This document shows positions 54,703 to 63,092 of a DNA stretch of 64,000 nt, in pieces. Both the position numbers and the translations under genes were made by a program. Numbering within the stretch: position 1 is the first letter of the stretch; the number at the start of each line of letters is the position of its first letter. The notes below the pieces were generated by a model. That model searched no databases. It saw only the letters and a program-made list of their open reading frames with translations, and was not told the origin of the DNA. Origin of the DNA: Candidatus Levyibacteriota bacterium (GTDB lineage: Bacteria > Patescibacteriota > Microgenomatia > Levybacterales > UBA12049); NCBI GenBank assembly GCA_016182425.1, contig JACPGP010000014.1, forward strand, positions 26,846 through 90,845. Direction: 5' to 3'.

Positions 54703-55437
54703 ATGGGAGAACATGAAGATCACTTAAGACAACCTGGAATACTTACCTTTCGAGATGTATTTCTAGATAGGGCAGGTGCGCAACCTATACCTAGAGGTTA
54801 TACTACACAAATTCAATTAGCTGGTTTACTGATTGGGTTTCACATACCCGAAAATCTGTGGGAGGGCATCGCTTCATACGAGGATCAACTAACATGGGAT
54901 GCTCGGGGGATAATTTACCTGTTACAACCTACTGCATCGCCTGTTCAAAGAACGTTTGGAGAGCTGTTTCTTCGTAAAGGTAAAGAGGTATATAATAAAT
55001 TGGCAGATCAAGCCGAAAAAGCAAGGTACGAACGTGTTACGAGCCGAATTCGTTTTGTTATTAATGGAGATTGGGAATGTTATGATGTGCAAGCTTGGTG
55101 GATGTTTGCACCATATCTTTTTGAGGCATTACGAACACATACGAAATTACAGGGAAAAGCCATTTTTGATGAGGATGATGCGATTGCTAGAATAATTTTA
55201 TGGGCAGAGGATGGTGAGTATAGAAGAGAAGAGAGGGGTGCTAGACGAGTCCATCTGAAAGGAGTAGAGTTTTTTAATGCATTTATGGATAATCCCTCCA
55301 ATCCTATGGATATGTACAGATTAAGCACAAACCCAATAGGTAACACACACGTTTTTACCCGTCAACAGGCAACACATGTTGCCCAAGAGTATTTACTAAA
55401 AGATAAGCGGTTTGATCCAGAAAGGGCGTTTACATAA
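54703..55437 (+). CDS. hypothetical soluble protein, Trp/Arg-rich (orphan 2)
   Basis: Long ORF starting 4 nt after orphan 1. No motif recognised. Confidence 0.55.
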   Translation: MGEHEDHLRQPGILTFRDVFLDRAGAQPIPRGYTTQIQLAGLLIGFHIPENLWEGIASYEDQLTWDARGIIYLLQPTASPVQRTFGELFLRKGKEVYNKLADQAEKARYERVTSRIRFVINGDWECYDVQAWWMFAPYLFEALRTHTKLQGKAIFDEDDAIARIILWAEDGEYRREERGARRVHLKGVEFFNAFMDNPSNPMDMYRLSTNPIGNTHVFTRQQATHVAQEYLLKDKRFDPERAFT

Positions 55438-55449
55438 TCCAAAGTTTTT

Positions 55450-56091
55450 ATGGCAAATTACGAAGTTGAGGGTGTGGCTCGAAAACTTCGATACGAGGCC
55501 ACCATGCATTTGCGGGGAAATGAAAATATTCGAAGGGCGCTTCGTTTTTTTTCGGTGCGAGAAGAAGGATTTGCCATGCGGGTTGGTGAATTTGAGAATG
55601 TCTGCCAGCGTCTTGGTTCTTTGATTGAGGGGGAGGATATCATCGATCCGATGATTTATAAAAATGTGTCAAAATTAAAAAGTATGGTTGGCAGCAGAGA
55701 AGCACCTAAGACGCTTATTGAAAGTATTGAAAAATGTGAAGGTTTACGCGAAGCAGGTGAATACGGAGAAACAGATAGAATAGCAAATGCACTTTCGCTA
55801 ACAAATCAAAAAATATCTTCCGGAGAGTGGCCTTTTGTCCAACAAATCACAGATGATCCTAACAAGCTTGCTTCAGCAGTGCTTATTGAGGGTTTTGGAA
55901 TATACACAGAAAAACTGATGAATGAACCAGAACAGAGCGGTATGGAAAGGACAGTAGTTTTGGCCTTGGAGGAAGTTTTGCTTGAAAACTACCCCAACTC
56001 TGCTCTTTTGCAAGATGTTGTAGGATTTATGAAAGAAGAAAAGGCCGATTTTGGCGAAGGCACTCAAGCTAGACTCGAAAGTTGGTCTTAA
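55450..56091 (+). CDS. hypothetical acidic soluble protein (orphan 3)
   Basis: Long ORF starting 12 nt after orphan 2. No motif recognised. Confidence 0.55.
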   Translation: MANYEVEGVARKLRYEATMHLRGNENIRRALRFFSVREEGFAMRVGEFENVCQRLGSLIEGEDIIDPMIYKNVSKLKSMVGSREAPKTLIESIEKCEGLREAGEYGETDRIANALSLTNQKISSGEWPFVQQITDDPNKLASAVLIEGFGIYTEKLMNEPEQSGMERTVVLALEEVLLENYPNSALLQDVVGFMKEEKADFGEGTQARLESWS

Positions 56092-56100
56092 TATATCTAA

Positions 56101-56116
56101 CACTGCAAAAGCAGTG
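56101..56116. terminator. short hairpin between convergent genes
   Basis: cactgc-aaaa-gcagtg. No U-tract follows. Confidence 0.3.
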
Positions 56117-56150
56117 ATAGCACCAACGAAGATGGTTAATAACAAATCTT

Positions 56151-59100
56151 TCATTGTAAACCTTTTTTTTCTATTTGTATTTCTGCTGTGTTAATTTCTT
56201 GAGTTTTGATAATTGGTTCTTTTTGGTAAGTCGGTTCAACAGTTTTACTTCCCAGAACATCTTTTATAAATCCTGTTGCCTGCCCTTCTTCGGAAAAACC
56301 AATTGGAGTGGCTGCGATTTCGTTTGAGTAATCTCCTGGCGTGCAGCCGTTGCCGGCGCGAACCTTAAAATAGTACGTTTGCCCGCCAGACAAATTCTCC
56401 ACCACAAAGCTTGTCGTGCCTTTGCCACCAATATTGGGATTTCCATACTGTAATTTTCCTGCTTTCGTGCTGTAAGCAATAAGGTAGTATGAAACCGGAT
56501 TTTCTGCTTCTTTCCAACTTAACGCTACAGTATTGATTCCGGCAAAAGCAAAAAGCAGAATTGGCGCGCTTTTTGGTTTTTCATCATTGCAGCTTGTTGA
56601 TTCAGAGGAGGAAGAACTGCTGCTGGACGAACTGCTCGATGATGAGGATGAAGAGCTCGAACTTGAAGGCGTTAGTGTCGGTGTTGGCGTTGGGGTGGGG
56701 TCGGCTGGCAAGGTAATGCTTTGTTCGTCTGTTACCTGTTCGGGTGAGCCTCGGGAAATAAGGCGGTAGTAATATGTTTTTCCAGGCAGTAAATCGGTGA
56801 TTGTTACAGAATGATTTTTTGTTTTCGTTGGTTTTTCGTCTGTTGTATCATTATAACCATATTTACTTCCAGAGCCTTTGACTTTTTTTGACTGCGTGCC
56901 AAAGACAACGCGGCTATACGATGGCCGGTTGGTTGTCCAGGTTACTGTAAAGGAAGTGGTATAACTTTGCGCAACAGTAATTGATGTATCGTCAATTTTT
57001 GGCGCAATTTCATAATCTTCTGTTATTACCTCGCTTTTATTTCCGGCCTCATCTTGGGCGATTGCTTTAAGTGTTACACTGCTGCCGTCAATTGTGATTG
57101 GCTTGGTGTAGGTAAGTTTAGCACTCGATGTTGCAGGGTTCGACCCATCAAGGGTGTAAAAAATTGTCGGTGTACCTGGCTCATCAAGGCTCACGAGTGT
57201 TACTTTTTGTGGAGTTAGATATTTATCGCCTGGAATATCGGCAATTGGTTTGGTGGGAGGAGCTCCGTCTGTTGGCATTGCTATTTGTTGGTGATTATAG
57301 GTATCGGATGTAATATCTTTTATACTGTTATTTTTGAGCGTCACAGGTGGTGTTGTTCCTGTATCGTTGGTGCTTTTTTCAGCAAGAGTTATTTGTACAA
57401 TTCCTGGGTCTTTCTCTTTGGCTTTTGTTATTATATATCCCTCAACAGTAAAATCCGTGCCGGTTGAGTTCACTGTCGAACCGTTTACATCTCTGGCAAA
57501 TGTTACTTCGATCGTATCAATTTTGCCGTTATTATTTGTATCAAGTGTCTTAGTGCTTTTAATTTGGGGAGGAGTGGTATCGATGGGAGCAGGAGGTGTG
57601 GATAAGGGATTTTGTTTATACTCAAAAGAAAAGGTAGCTGACTCGTCGCTTCGTGTATAGCCGGAAAGCGGTGCAATAGCAACAGCTCCATCTTGTTTGT
57701 ACCGATAAAGTTTTAAGGAGAAGTCTTTTGCTGTTGCGCTTGTTGTGGCAACAGAGAGTTTATAAGTATCATCTGCCGGTTTTGGAATCATTAAGATTTT
57801 TGTATCACCTGATGTTTTGCCGCTGACCGGATCTTTGATGCCTTGTTCGATGTAGTAGCTTGTGTCCGGGATGTTTTGCCCGGAGTTGTTGGTAATAGAT
57901 ACGTCTACATCTGGGTCGGCAGTAATTAGAAGATAGGAAAGATTAGTGTTTGATGGAATGAGTCTTCTAAGAGAAAGAAATTTATTGTCATAGGAGTCAA
58001 GCGCTACTCTGTCGTCGTAATACGGATCGTTAATATAGAATGTTGTATTTGCTATTCCTCTTGCGACAATAAAATGACCAGGCACCTCTAAAATATCTGG
58101 TTGTGAAGCATCAAGATCGGTTGTTAATTGTGCGCTGTCACTTCCTGCTCTTTTGTACTCTAGGGCATCGAATGTGGTAATGTTATTTATTGTTTTGGCT
58201 AGTTTTGAAAGTCTGCTTATTGCCAGCCAGTTTACCAAACCTTTTCCGATGTAGCCGTCATCTTGATTGTTGAGCCAAATATTGAGTGTTCCAGGATCAA
58301 GCGTTGTGTCATCGGGAAGTTTTTTGATGCCGTGGTATTGCAAAACCATGGCTGCCGATGTGATAGCACATCCCCATCTATTAATGGTCGCTGGCTCCGG
58401 CGCAGACCAAGTGCTGGCAGTATCATATTCCTGCGATTGCCAAGGTTCATCTGTTTGCATAATCAACGGCACATCAAGCGAAGAATCAATATTGGTAACA
58501 ACAATATTGTCAAACCAGACTTCAGAATCTGGGTCAGCTCCAACGCTAGCCTGAAGCCCAATTGAGCCCCCATTAAAGTATGGGGCGAAATCCTGCAGCT
58601 CCCAAATTAGAACATCGTTAATAAATAATTTAATTATGTTGTTATAAAAATCAATTTTAAAATGATAATTTTGATTATCTTGGAAAGGATAAGATTTATT
58701 TTCTACTCTGTAGTAACTTCCTACAACTTTCTGAAAATATATAGTTGATCCGTAAGTCATAAAGTCATACCAATTTGAGGAATCTAAATACTTAAATAAG
58801 ATATTTCTATTGGCTAAAGCGGTATTCTTATATTCCATGTCAAAACTATAAGAATATCCAGTAAACCCAGAAAGATTAAAATTATTTGGTATTATCTCAG
58901 TTGTACAGCTAGGGCCATTTATTTTAATTCCTGCTTTTCCATTTTCTACATTCCAGGACGTAGGAATATTTCCGTATAAACAAGGTTGAGAGGTATTTGT
59001 ATATTGCGAATTTCTTTTCACGGTCCAATTATTTAAATTTCCTGCCTCGAAGTTTTCCTGATATGTCTTATGAGAAGCGGATATTTTAGTAGGTAGAATT

Positions 59101-59165
59101 AGGCTAATTAAACCTAGTAAAAGAATATATAGAAAAAGAAACCTGATGGCAATCAGTTTCTTCAC
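56151..59165 (-). CDS. secreted multidomain surface protein: LamG/ConA-like + C39-like cysteine peptidase + Ig/FN3 repeats + PT/poly-Ser linker + C-terminal FN3
   Basis: Signal peptide. SIGLQASVG..VWFDNIVV (LamG/DUF1080-like). INRWGCAITSAAMVLQYHG...PGHFIV (C39_2-like Cys/His). FYTLDGSNP (chitobiase-C-like). GKTYYYRL and GQTYYFKVRA (FN3). A run of 23 Ser. Confidence 0.7.
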   Translation of the reverse strand: MKKLIAIRFLFLYILLLGLISLILPTKISASHKTYQENFEAGNLNNWTVKRNSQYTNTSQPCLYGNIPTSWNVENGKAGIKINGPSCTTEIIPNNFNLSGFTGYSYSFDMEYKNTALANRNILFKYLDSSNWYDFMTYGSTIYFQKVVGSYYRVENKSYPFQDNQNYHFKIDFYNNIIKLFINDVLIWELQDFAPYFNGGSIGLQASVGADPDSEVWFDNIVVTNIDSSLDVPLIMQTDEPWQSQEYDTASTWSAPEPATINRWGCAITSAAMVLQYHGIKKLPDDTTLDPGTLNIWLNNQDDGYIGKGLVNWLAISRLSKLAKTINNITTFDALEYKRAGSDSAQLTTDLDASQPDILEVPGHFIVARGIANTTFYINDPYYDDRVALDSYDNKFLSLRRLIPSNTNLSYLLITADPDVDVSITNNSGQNIPDTSYYIEQGIKDPVSGKTSGDTKILMIPKPADDTYKLSVATTSATAKDFSLKLYRYKQDGAVAIAPLSGYTRSDESATFSFEYKQNPLSTPPAPIDTTPPQIKSTKTLDTNNNGKIDTIEVTFARDVNGSTVNSTGTDFTVEGYIITKAKEKDPGIVQITLAEKSTNDTGTTPPVTLKNNSIKDITSDTYNHQQIAMPTDGAPPTKPIADIPGDKYLTPQKVTLVSLDEPGTPTIFYTLDGSNPATSSAKLTYTKPITIDGSSVTLKAIAQDEAGNKSEVITEDYEIAPKIDDTSITVAQSYTTSFTVTWTTNRPSYSRVVFGTQSKKVKGSGSKYGYNDTTDEKPTKTKNHSVTITDLLPGKTYYYRLISRGSPEQVTDEQSITLPADPTPTPTPTLTPSSSSSSSSSSSSSSSSSSSSSESTSCNDEKPKSAPILLFAFAGINTVALSWKEAENPVSYYLIAYSTKAGKLQYGNPNIGGKGTTSFVVENLSGGQTYYFKVRAGNGCTPGDYSNEIAATPIGFSEEGQATGFIKDVLGSKTVEPTYQKEPIIKTQEINTAEIQIEKKGLQ

Positions 59166-59228
59166 TTAAATAGCATGATTGATAATTATTAGTTTGTCAA
59201 TATCATTTGATAATGCTAGAATGAGTTT

Positions 59229-59969
59229 GTGAGTGCACAAAATAGAAGGAAAACCCACGAGGTATTTCATAAAAGGGCTCTTTTACAAAAAAGAATAATA
59301 AAGGAAACTAATTTCACTTATAGAATTATTCTTTCTGTATTAAACAAATATTTTATAGAAAAAAAGAAAATTTTAGATATTGGTTGTGGCGTTGGAACAA
59401 TATGTCTATATTTAGCAAATAGAAATAATAATGTTTTTGGAATAGATATTTCTCAAAATGCTATTACCTCCTGTAAGCAAAGTGCTAAATCTTTACATAT
59501 TAAAAATGCTTCTTTTGAAAGAATGGATTTTCCGAATAGTATACCCGATGAAAAATTTGATTATATTTTGTGTAGCGAAGTAATTGAGCATCTCGAAAAT
59601 GATGAATTAGCTTTAAGAAAAATATACTCACTTTTAAAACCAAAAGGAGTTGCTATTATTTCAACTCCTTCAAAAAATGCCCCACTTTATAGACTAGGTT
59701 TAGCAAGAAATTTTGATCAAAGAGTTGGCCATTTAAGACGTTATGATCTGGAAGATTTGGTAGGAATGTGTAGGAAAACAGGATTCCATATATTAGAAAC
59801 AAGAAAAACAGAAGGAGTATTAAGGAATTTCTTATTTCTAAATCCGATTGCTGGGAAGTTTGTCCGATTTATTAAATTCTTTATTTCTGATATAGTGACT
59901 TTTCTTGATGAAATTTCACTGAGGTTATTTGGTGAGTCACAGGTATTTGTTGTAGTTGGAAAACCATGA
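59229..59969 (+). CDS. class I SAM-dependent methyltransferase
   Basis: Motif I ILDIGCGVGT; post-I FGIDIS; LKPKGVAIIS. Confidence 0.75.
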   Translation: MSAQNRRKTHEVFHKRALLQKRIIKETNFTYRIILSVLNKYFIEKKKILDIGCGVGTICLYLANRNNNVFGIDISQNAITSCKQSAKSLHIKNASFERMDFPNSIPDEKFDYILCSEVIEHLENDELALRKIYSLLKPKGVAIISTPSKNAPLYRLGLARNFDQRVGHLRRYDLEDLVGMCRKTGFHILETRKTEGVLRNFLFLNPIAGKFVRFIKFFISDIVTFLDEISLRLFGESQVFVVVGKP

Positions 59970-60964
59970 CTATTCTTTTCTTCTCCCGGCTTTTTTGGCC
60001 GCATGGGGGTGGGGTGGAGAGGCATGTTTTGGAGGTGGGGAAGAGGTTAGCTAAAAAAGGGCACAAGGTAACGGTTGTAACAGAGAGCGCTGGAAATTCG
60101 GGAAATATTTTTGGCATACACATTGTGCGACATGATTTTGGAGGGGGGGACTGGTTTAAAAAATTTCGGATTTGGAAGTGGTTGTGGCAGCATAGAGAGC
60201 TTATAAAAAATGCTGATATTGTGCATGCCCATGACGTGTTTTTCTGGTATCTACCGTTTCGGTTTTTGTATCTTAGCAAACCTGTCTATACCACATTTCA
60301 CGGCTACGAAACTAGGTTTCCCCCTGCAAAAAAAGCCATTTTCTGGCGTAAATTAAGTGAGAAGTTATCGTGGGGCAATATTTGTGTAGGAGACTATATA
60401 CAAAAATGGTATGGTACGATGCCGACCTACGTAACGTATGGAGGCGTAGACGTTCACCTCGGAGGAGTCCATCCGGCCACCTCCGAGGTGCTAAAGATCA
60501 TGTTAATTGGGAGGTTTGAGAAAGATATTGGAGTTTTTCAATATTTAGAAACATTGGATTTTCTAAAAAAACAAAAAATTGATTTCAGATTTGAAGCGTA
60601 TGGGGAAGGCTTGCTGCAAAGACAAATAGAAAAGTATGGAAAAGTATATAGGTATCCGAAAAATATTGAAGAAAAAATTGCAGGTGCGGATGTGGTGTTT
60701 GCGTCGTCGTATCTTTCTATACTGTCAGCTATGGCTGCTAGAAAGCCAGTTATAGCTGTATACACCAACCCGCTTAAAAAGGATTATCTTACTATGATTC
60801 CATTTAGTAAATTTATTTCTATTGTTGACTCGGCAGATAAAATTGCAGATGAAGTCGAAAATTTAGGAAAAACACAGACGAGGGTCGAGCAGGCGTACGC
60901 GTGGGCAAAAGAGCAGACCTGGGAAAAGGTGATGGAAATGTATCTAAAACTTTGGAGGATATGA
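59966..60964 (+). CDS. GT-B fold glycosyltransferase (GT4-like)
   Basis: WPHGGGVERHV N-terminus and GGVD linker. The C-domain is weakly conserved. Confidence 0.55.
   Translation: MTILFFSRLFWPHGGGVERHVLEVGKRLAKKGHKVTVVTESAGNSGNIFGIHIVRHDFGGGDWFKKFRIWKWLWQHRELIKNADIVHAHDVFFWYLPFRFLYLSKPVYTTFHGYETRFPPAKKAIFWRKLSEKLSWGNICVGDYIQKWYGTMPTYVTYGGVDVHLGGVHPATSEVLKIMLIGRFEKDIGVFQYLETLDFLKKQKIDFRFEAYGEGLLQRQIEKYGKVYRYPKNIEEKIAGADVVFASSYLSILSAMAARKPVIAVYTNPLKKDYLTMIPFSKFISIVDSADKIADEVENLGKTQTRVEQAYAWAKEQTWEKVMEMYLKLWRI
60448..60490 (+). repeat. GC-rich palindromic element, copy A (in-frame in GT4-like gene)
   Basis: The 11-bp stem cacctcggagg (60455-65) pairs with cctccgaggtg (60480-90). Its first 22 nt are identical to copy B. 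Confidence 0.9.
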
Positions 60965-61896
60965 AGATTTCGTTTATTACAACTGTTTTTAATGAGGAAG
61001 CGACAGTTGAGGCGCTGTTGGAATCTATCATACGGCAGTCGAGGATGCCGGATGAGGTAATTATTGTAGATGGAGGAAGTACAGACGCTACGGCATCTAT
61101 AATTTCAAATTTCACAAAGACGTTCACCTCGGAGGAGTCGAAGTCGCTGCTTCGCCACCATCCGAGGTGGAAAACTATTACGAAAAAAGGAAACAGGGCG
61201 GTGGGGAGGAATGAGGCGATAAGGCAGGCGAGTGGGGATGTTATTGTATCTTCGGATGCGGGGTGTGTGTTGGATAAGGATTGGGTGAAAAATATTACCG
61301 AGCCGTTTAAAAATAAAGATGTCGATGTTGTTGCAGGATACTACAAAGGCATGCCAAGAACAATATTTCAAAAGTGTCTTGTACCGTATGTTTTGGTTAT
61401 GCCGGATAAAGTTGATCCACAAAATTTTCTTCCGGCAAGCCGTTCTATGGCATTTACAAAAAAGATATGGGAAAAAGCAGGAGGTTTTCCAGAAAAATAT
61501 TCCTCAAATGAAGACTTTGTATTTGCAAAGAGACTTAAAGAAATTAGCGCAAAAATTGTCTTTGCCAAAGATGCAATTCTCTATTGGATGCCTCGAAAAA
61601 ACCTCAAAGAGGCATTCGCTATGTTTTTTCGTTTTGCCTATGGTGATGCGCAAGCAGGAATCTTGCGGCCAAAAGTTTTTTTAATCTTTCTTCGTTATTT
61701 TCTTGGTGTTCTATTATTGTTAAGTTATATTAATGCTTTCTACGTAGTAGTTATTTTGTATACGGTCTGGTCAATATGGAAAAATTATCGCTATGCCAAA
61801 AAGTGGCAAGCAATTTTTATTTTGCCTATACTACAGATAGTGTCTGATATGGCGGTTTTATTAGGGACAATATGGGGTATACAAAACAAGCGATAA
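60961..61896 (+). CDS. GT2 glycosyltransferase with C-terminal TM segments
   Basis: ISFITTVFNEE, VDGGSTD, GNRAVGRNEAI, SSDAG. The ATG at 60961 (ATGA overlap) is preferred. Confidence 0.75.
   Translation: MKISFITTVFNEEATVEALLESIIRQSRMPDEVIIVDGGSTDATASIISNFTKTFTSEESKSLLRHHPRWKTITKKGNRAVGRNEAIRQASGDVIVSSDAGCVLDKDWVKNITEPFKNKDVDVVAGYYKGMPRTIFQKCLVPYVLVMPDKVDPQNFLPASRSMAFTKKIWEKAGGFPEKYSSNEDFVFAKRLKEISAKIVFAKDAILYWMPRKNLKEAFAMFFRFAYGDAQAGILRPKVFLIFLRYFLGVLLLLSYINAFYVVVILYTVWSIWKNYRYAKKWQAIFILPILQIVSDMAVLLGTIWGIQNKR
61101..61114 (+). repeat. tandem heptamer AATTTCA x2, immediately 5' of palindromic copy B
   Basis: aatttca aatttca. The site is homologous to the x4.7 AATCTCA tract in the paralogous GT2 at 3099. 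Confidence 0.8.
61118..61169 (+). repeat. GC-rich palindromic element, copy B (in-frame in GT2 gene)
   Basis: cacctcgga (61125-33) pairs with tccgaggtg (61161-69). An inner hairpin is cgaag-tcgctg-cttcg. The first 22 nt are identical to copy A. Confidence 0.9.
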
Positions 61897-63092
61897 AAGG
61901 AATTTCGTGGATTGGACTTCTTCGTGCCGCAACACGAATTGTGTCATTTGGAAAAATAGCGGTGCTTGCCCGTATTTTAACTCCTGCCCAATTTGGTGCT
62001 TATGGCATAGCTGCTTTAGTATTATCGTTTCTTGAAATTCTTACAGAAACAGGTGTTAATGTTGTTTTAATTCAGGAAAAAGAAACAATAGATAGGTATA
62101 TTCCAGCAGCCTTTGCGGCATCGATTATTAGAGGAATTCTAATTTCTGCTTTTATTCTTTTGGTTTCACCATTTGTAGCAGCGTTTTTTCAAACACCAGA
62201 ATCTTTGCCTCTTTTGCAGCTTATTAGTGTTGTGCCGCTCTTGCGGGGGTTTATTAACCCATCTGTAGTGAAGTTTCAGAAAGAATTGCAATTTCAAAAA
62301 GAATTTTGGTATAAATTTTCTGTTTTTACCCTTGATGCAGTGATGGCAATGATTTTTGCATATCTTACCAAAAACCCAGCGAGTATTGTTTTTGGTCTTA
62401 TTGCCGGTGTTATGTTTGAAGTAGTCTTGTCGTTTGTAATTGTTAAGCCGCTCCCCCACTTTCGTTTTGAAACAGCGTATCTTACAAAAATATTGCACAG
62501 AGGGAAATGGGTGACGTTGTCTGGCATATTTCATTATCTTTTTCAAAACGGAGATAATATTGTGGTGGGAAAACTGCTTGGGTCAAGCTCGCTTGGGTTG
62601 TATCAACTTGGGTATTCGCTGGCGATATTGCCAGTAAGCGAAGTTGCCGATGTTGTCTCGCGTGTAACATTTCCAGTGTATGTAAAAATAGCAGAAGAAA
62701 AAGAAAGGCTAAGAATGGCATTTATAAAAACAATTCTTGTTATTACTTTTTGCACGCTTCCTTTGGGAATTATTCTTTTTATTTTTCCGGAAGATGTAGT
62801 GCGATTTGTTTTTGGAGAACAATGGTTAGGGGTAGCACCAGCGCTTCGAGTTTTGGCGATTTTTGGGGTTGTTAGGGCAATTTCTGGTTTTTCGGCAACG
62901 CTTTTTTTAAGTATAGGAAAACAGGAATATGTTACTATTGCAACCTTTGTCAGCATTTTAGTATTGGCAATAACAATTATTCCGCTTGTTATGCAATTTG
63001 GTCTTTTAGGAGCGGCATTTTCGGCGCTTTTTGGAAGCATTGCAGCCTCTTTTTTATATTGCTATTTTGTGCAAAAAGTATTTAGACAATGA
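61872..63092 (+). CDS. MOP-superfamily polysaccharide flippase (Wzx-like)
   Basis: About 12 or more TM segments. The N-terminus AIKGISWIGLLRAATRIVSFG is typical of polysaccharide biosynthesis proteins. Confidence 0.7.
   Translation: MGYTKQAIKGISWIGLLRAATRIVSFGKIAVLARILTPAQFGAYGIAALVLSFLEILTETGVNVVLIQEKETIDRYIPAAFAASIIRGILISAFILLVSPFVAAFFQTPESLPLLQLISVVPLLRGFINPSVVKFQKELQFQKEFWYKFSVFTLDAVMAMIFAYLTKNPASIVFGLIAGVMFEVVLSFVIVKPLPHFRFETAYLTKILHRGKWVTLSGIFHYLFQNGDNIVVGKLLGSSSLGLYQLGYSLAILPVSEVADVVSRVTFPVYVKIAEEKERLRMAFIKTILVITFCTLPLGIILFIFPEDVVRFVFGEQWLGVAPALRVLAIFGVVRAISGFSATLFLSIGKQEYVTIATFVSILVLAITIIPLVMQFGLLGAAFSALFGSIAASFLYCYFVQKVFRQ

Noticed and set aside
56590-56700. The poly-Ser/PT coding stretch considered as a simple-sequence repeat
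   Set aside because: The 23 Ser are encoded by a mixture of AGC/AGT/TCN codons, so the repeat is selected at protein level. It is not a slippage-prone DNA repeat like the heptamer tracts.
56151-59165. Possible diversity-generating retroelement target (large surface protein in a CPR-like genome)
   Set aside because: No reverse transcriptase and no template/variable repeat pair were seen in the window. No C-type-lectin-like C-terminus was recognised.
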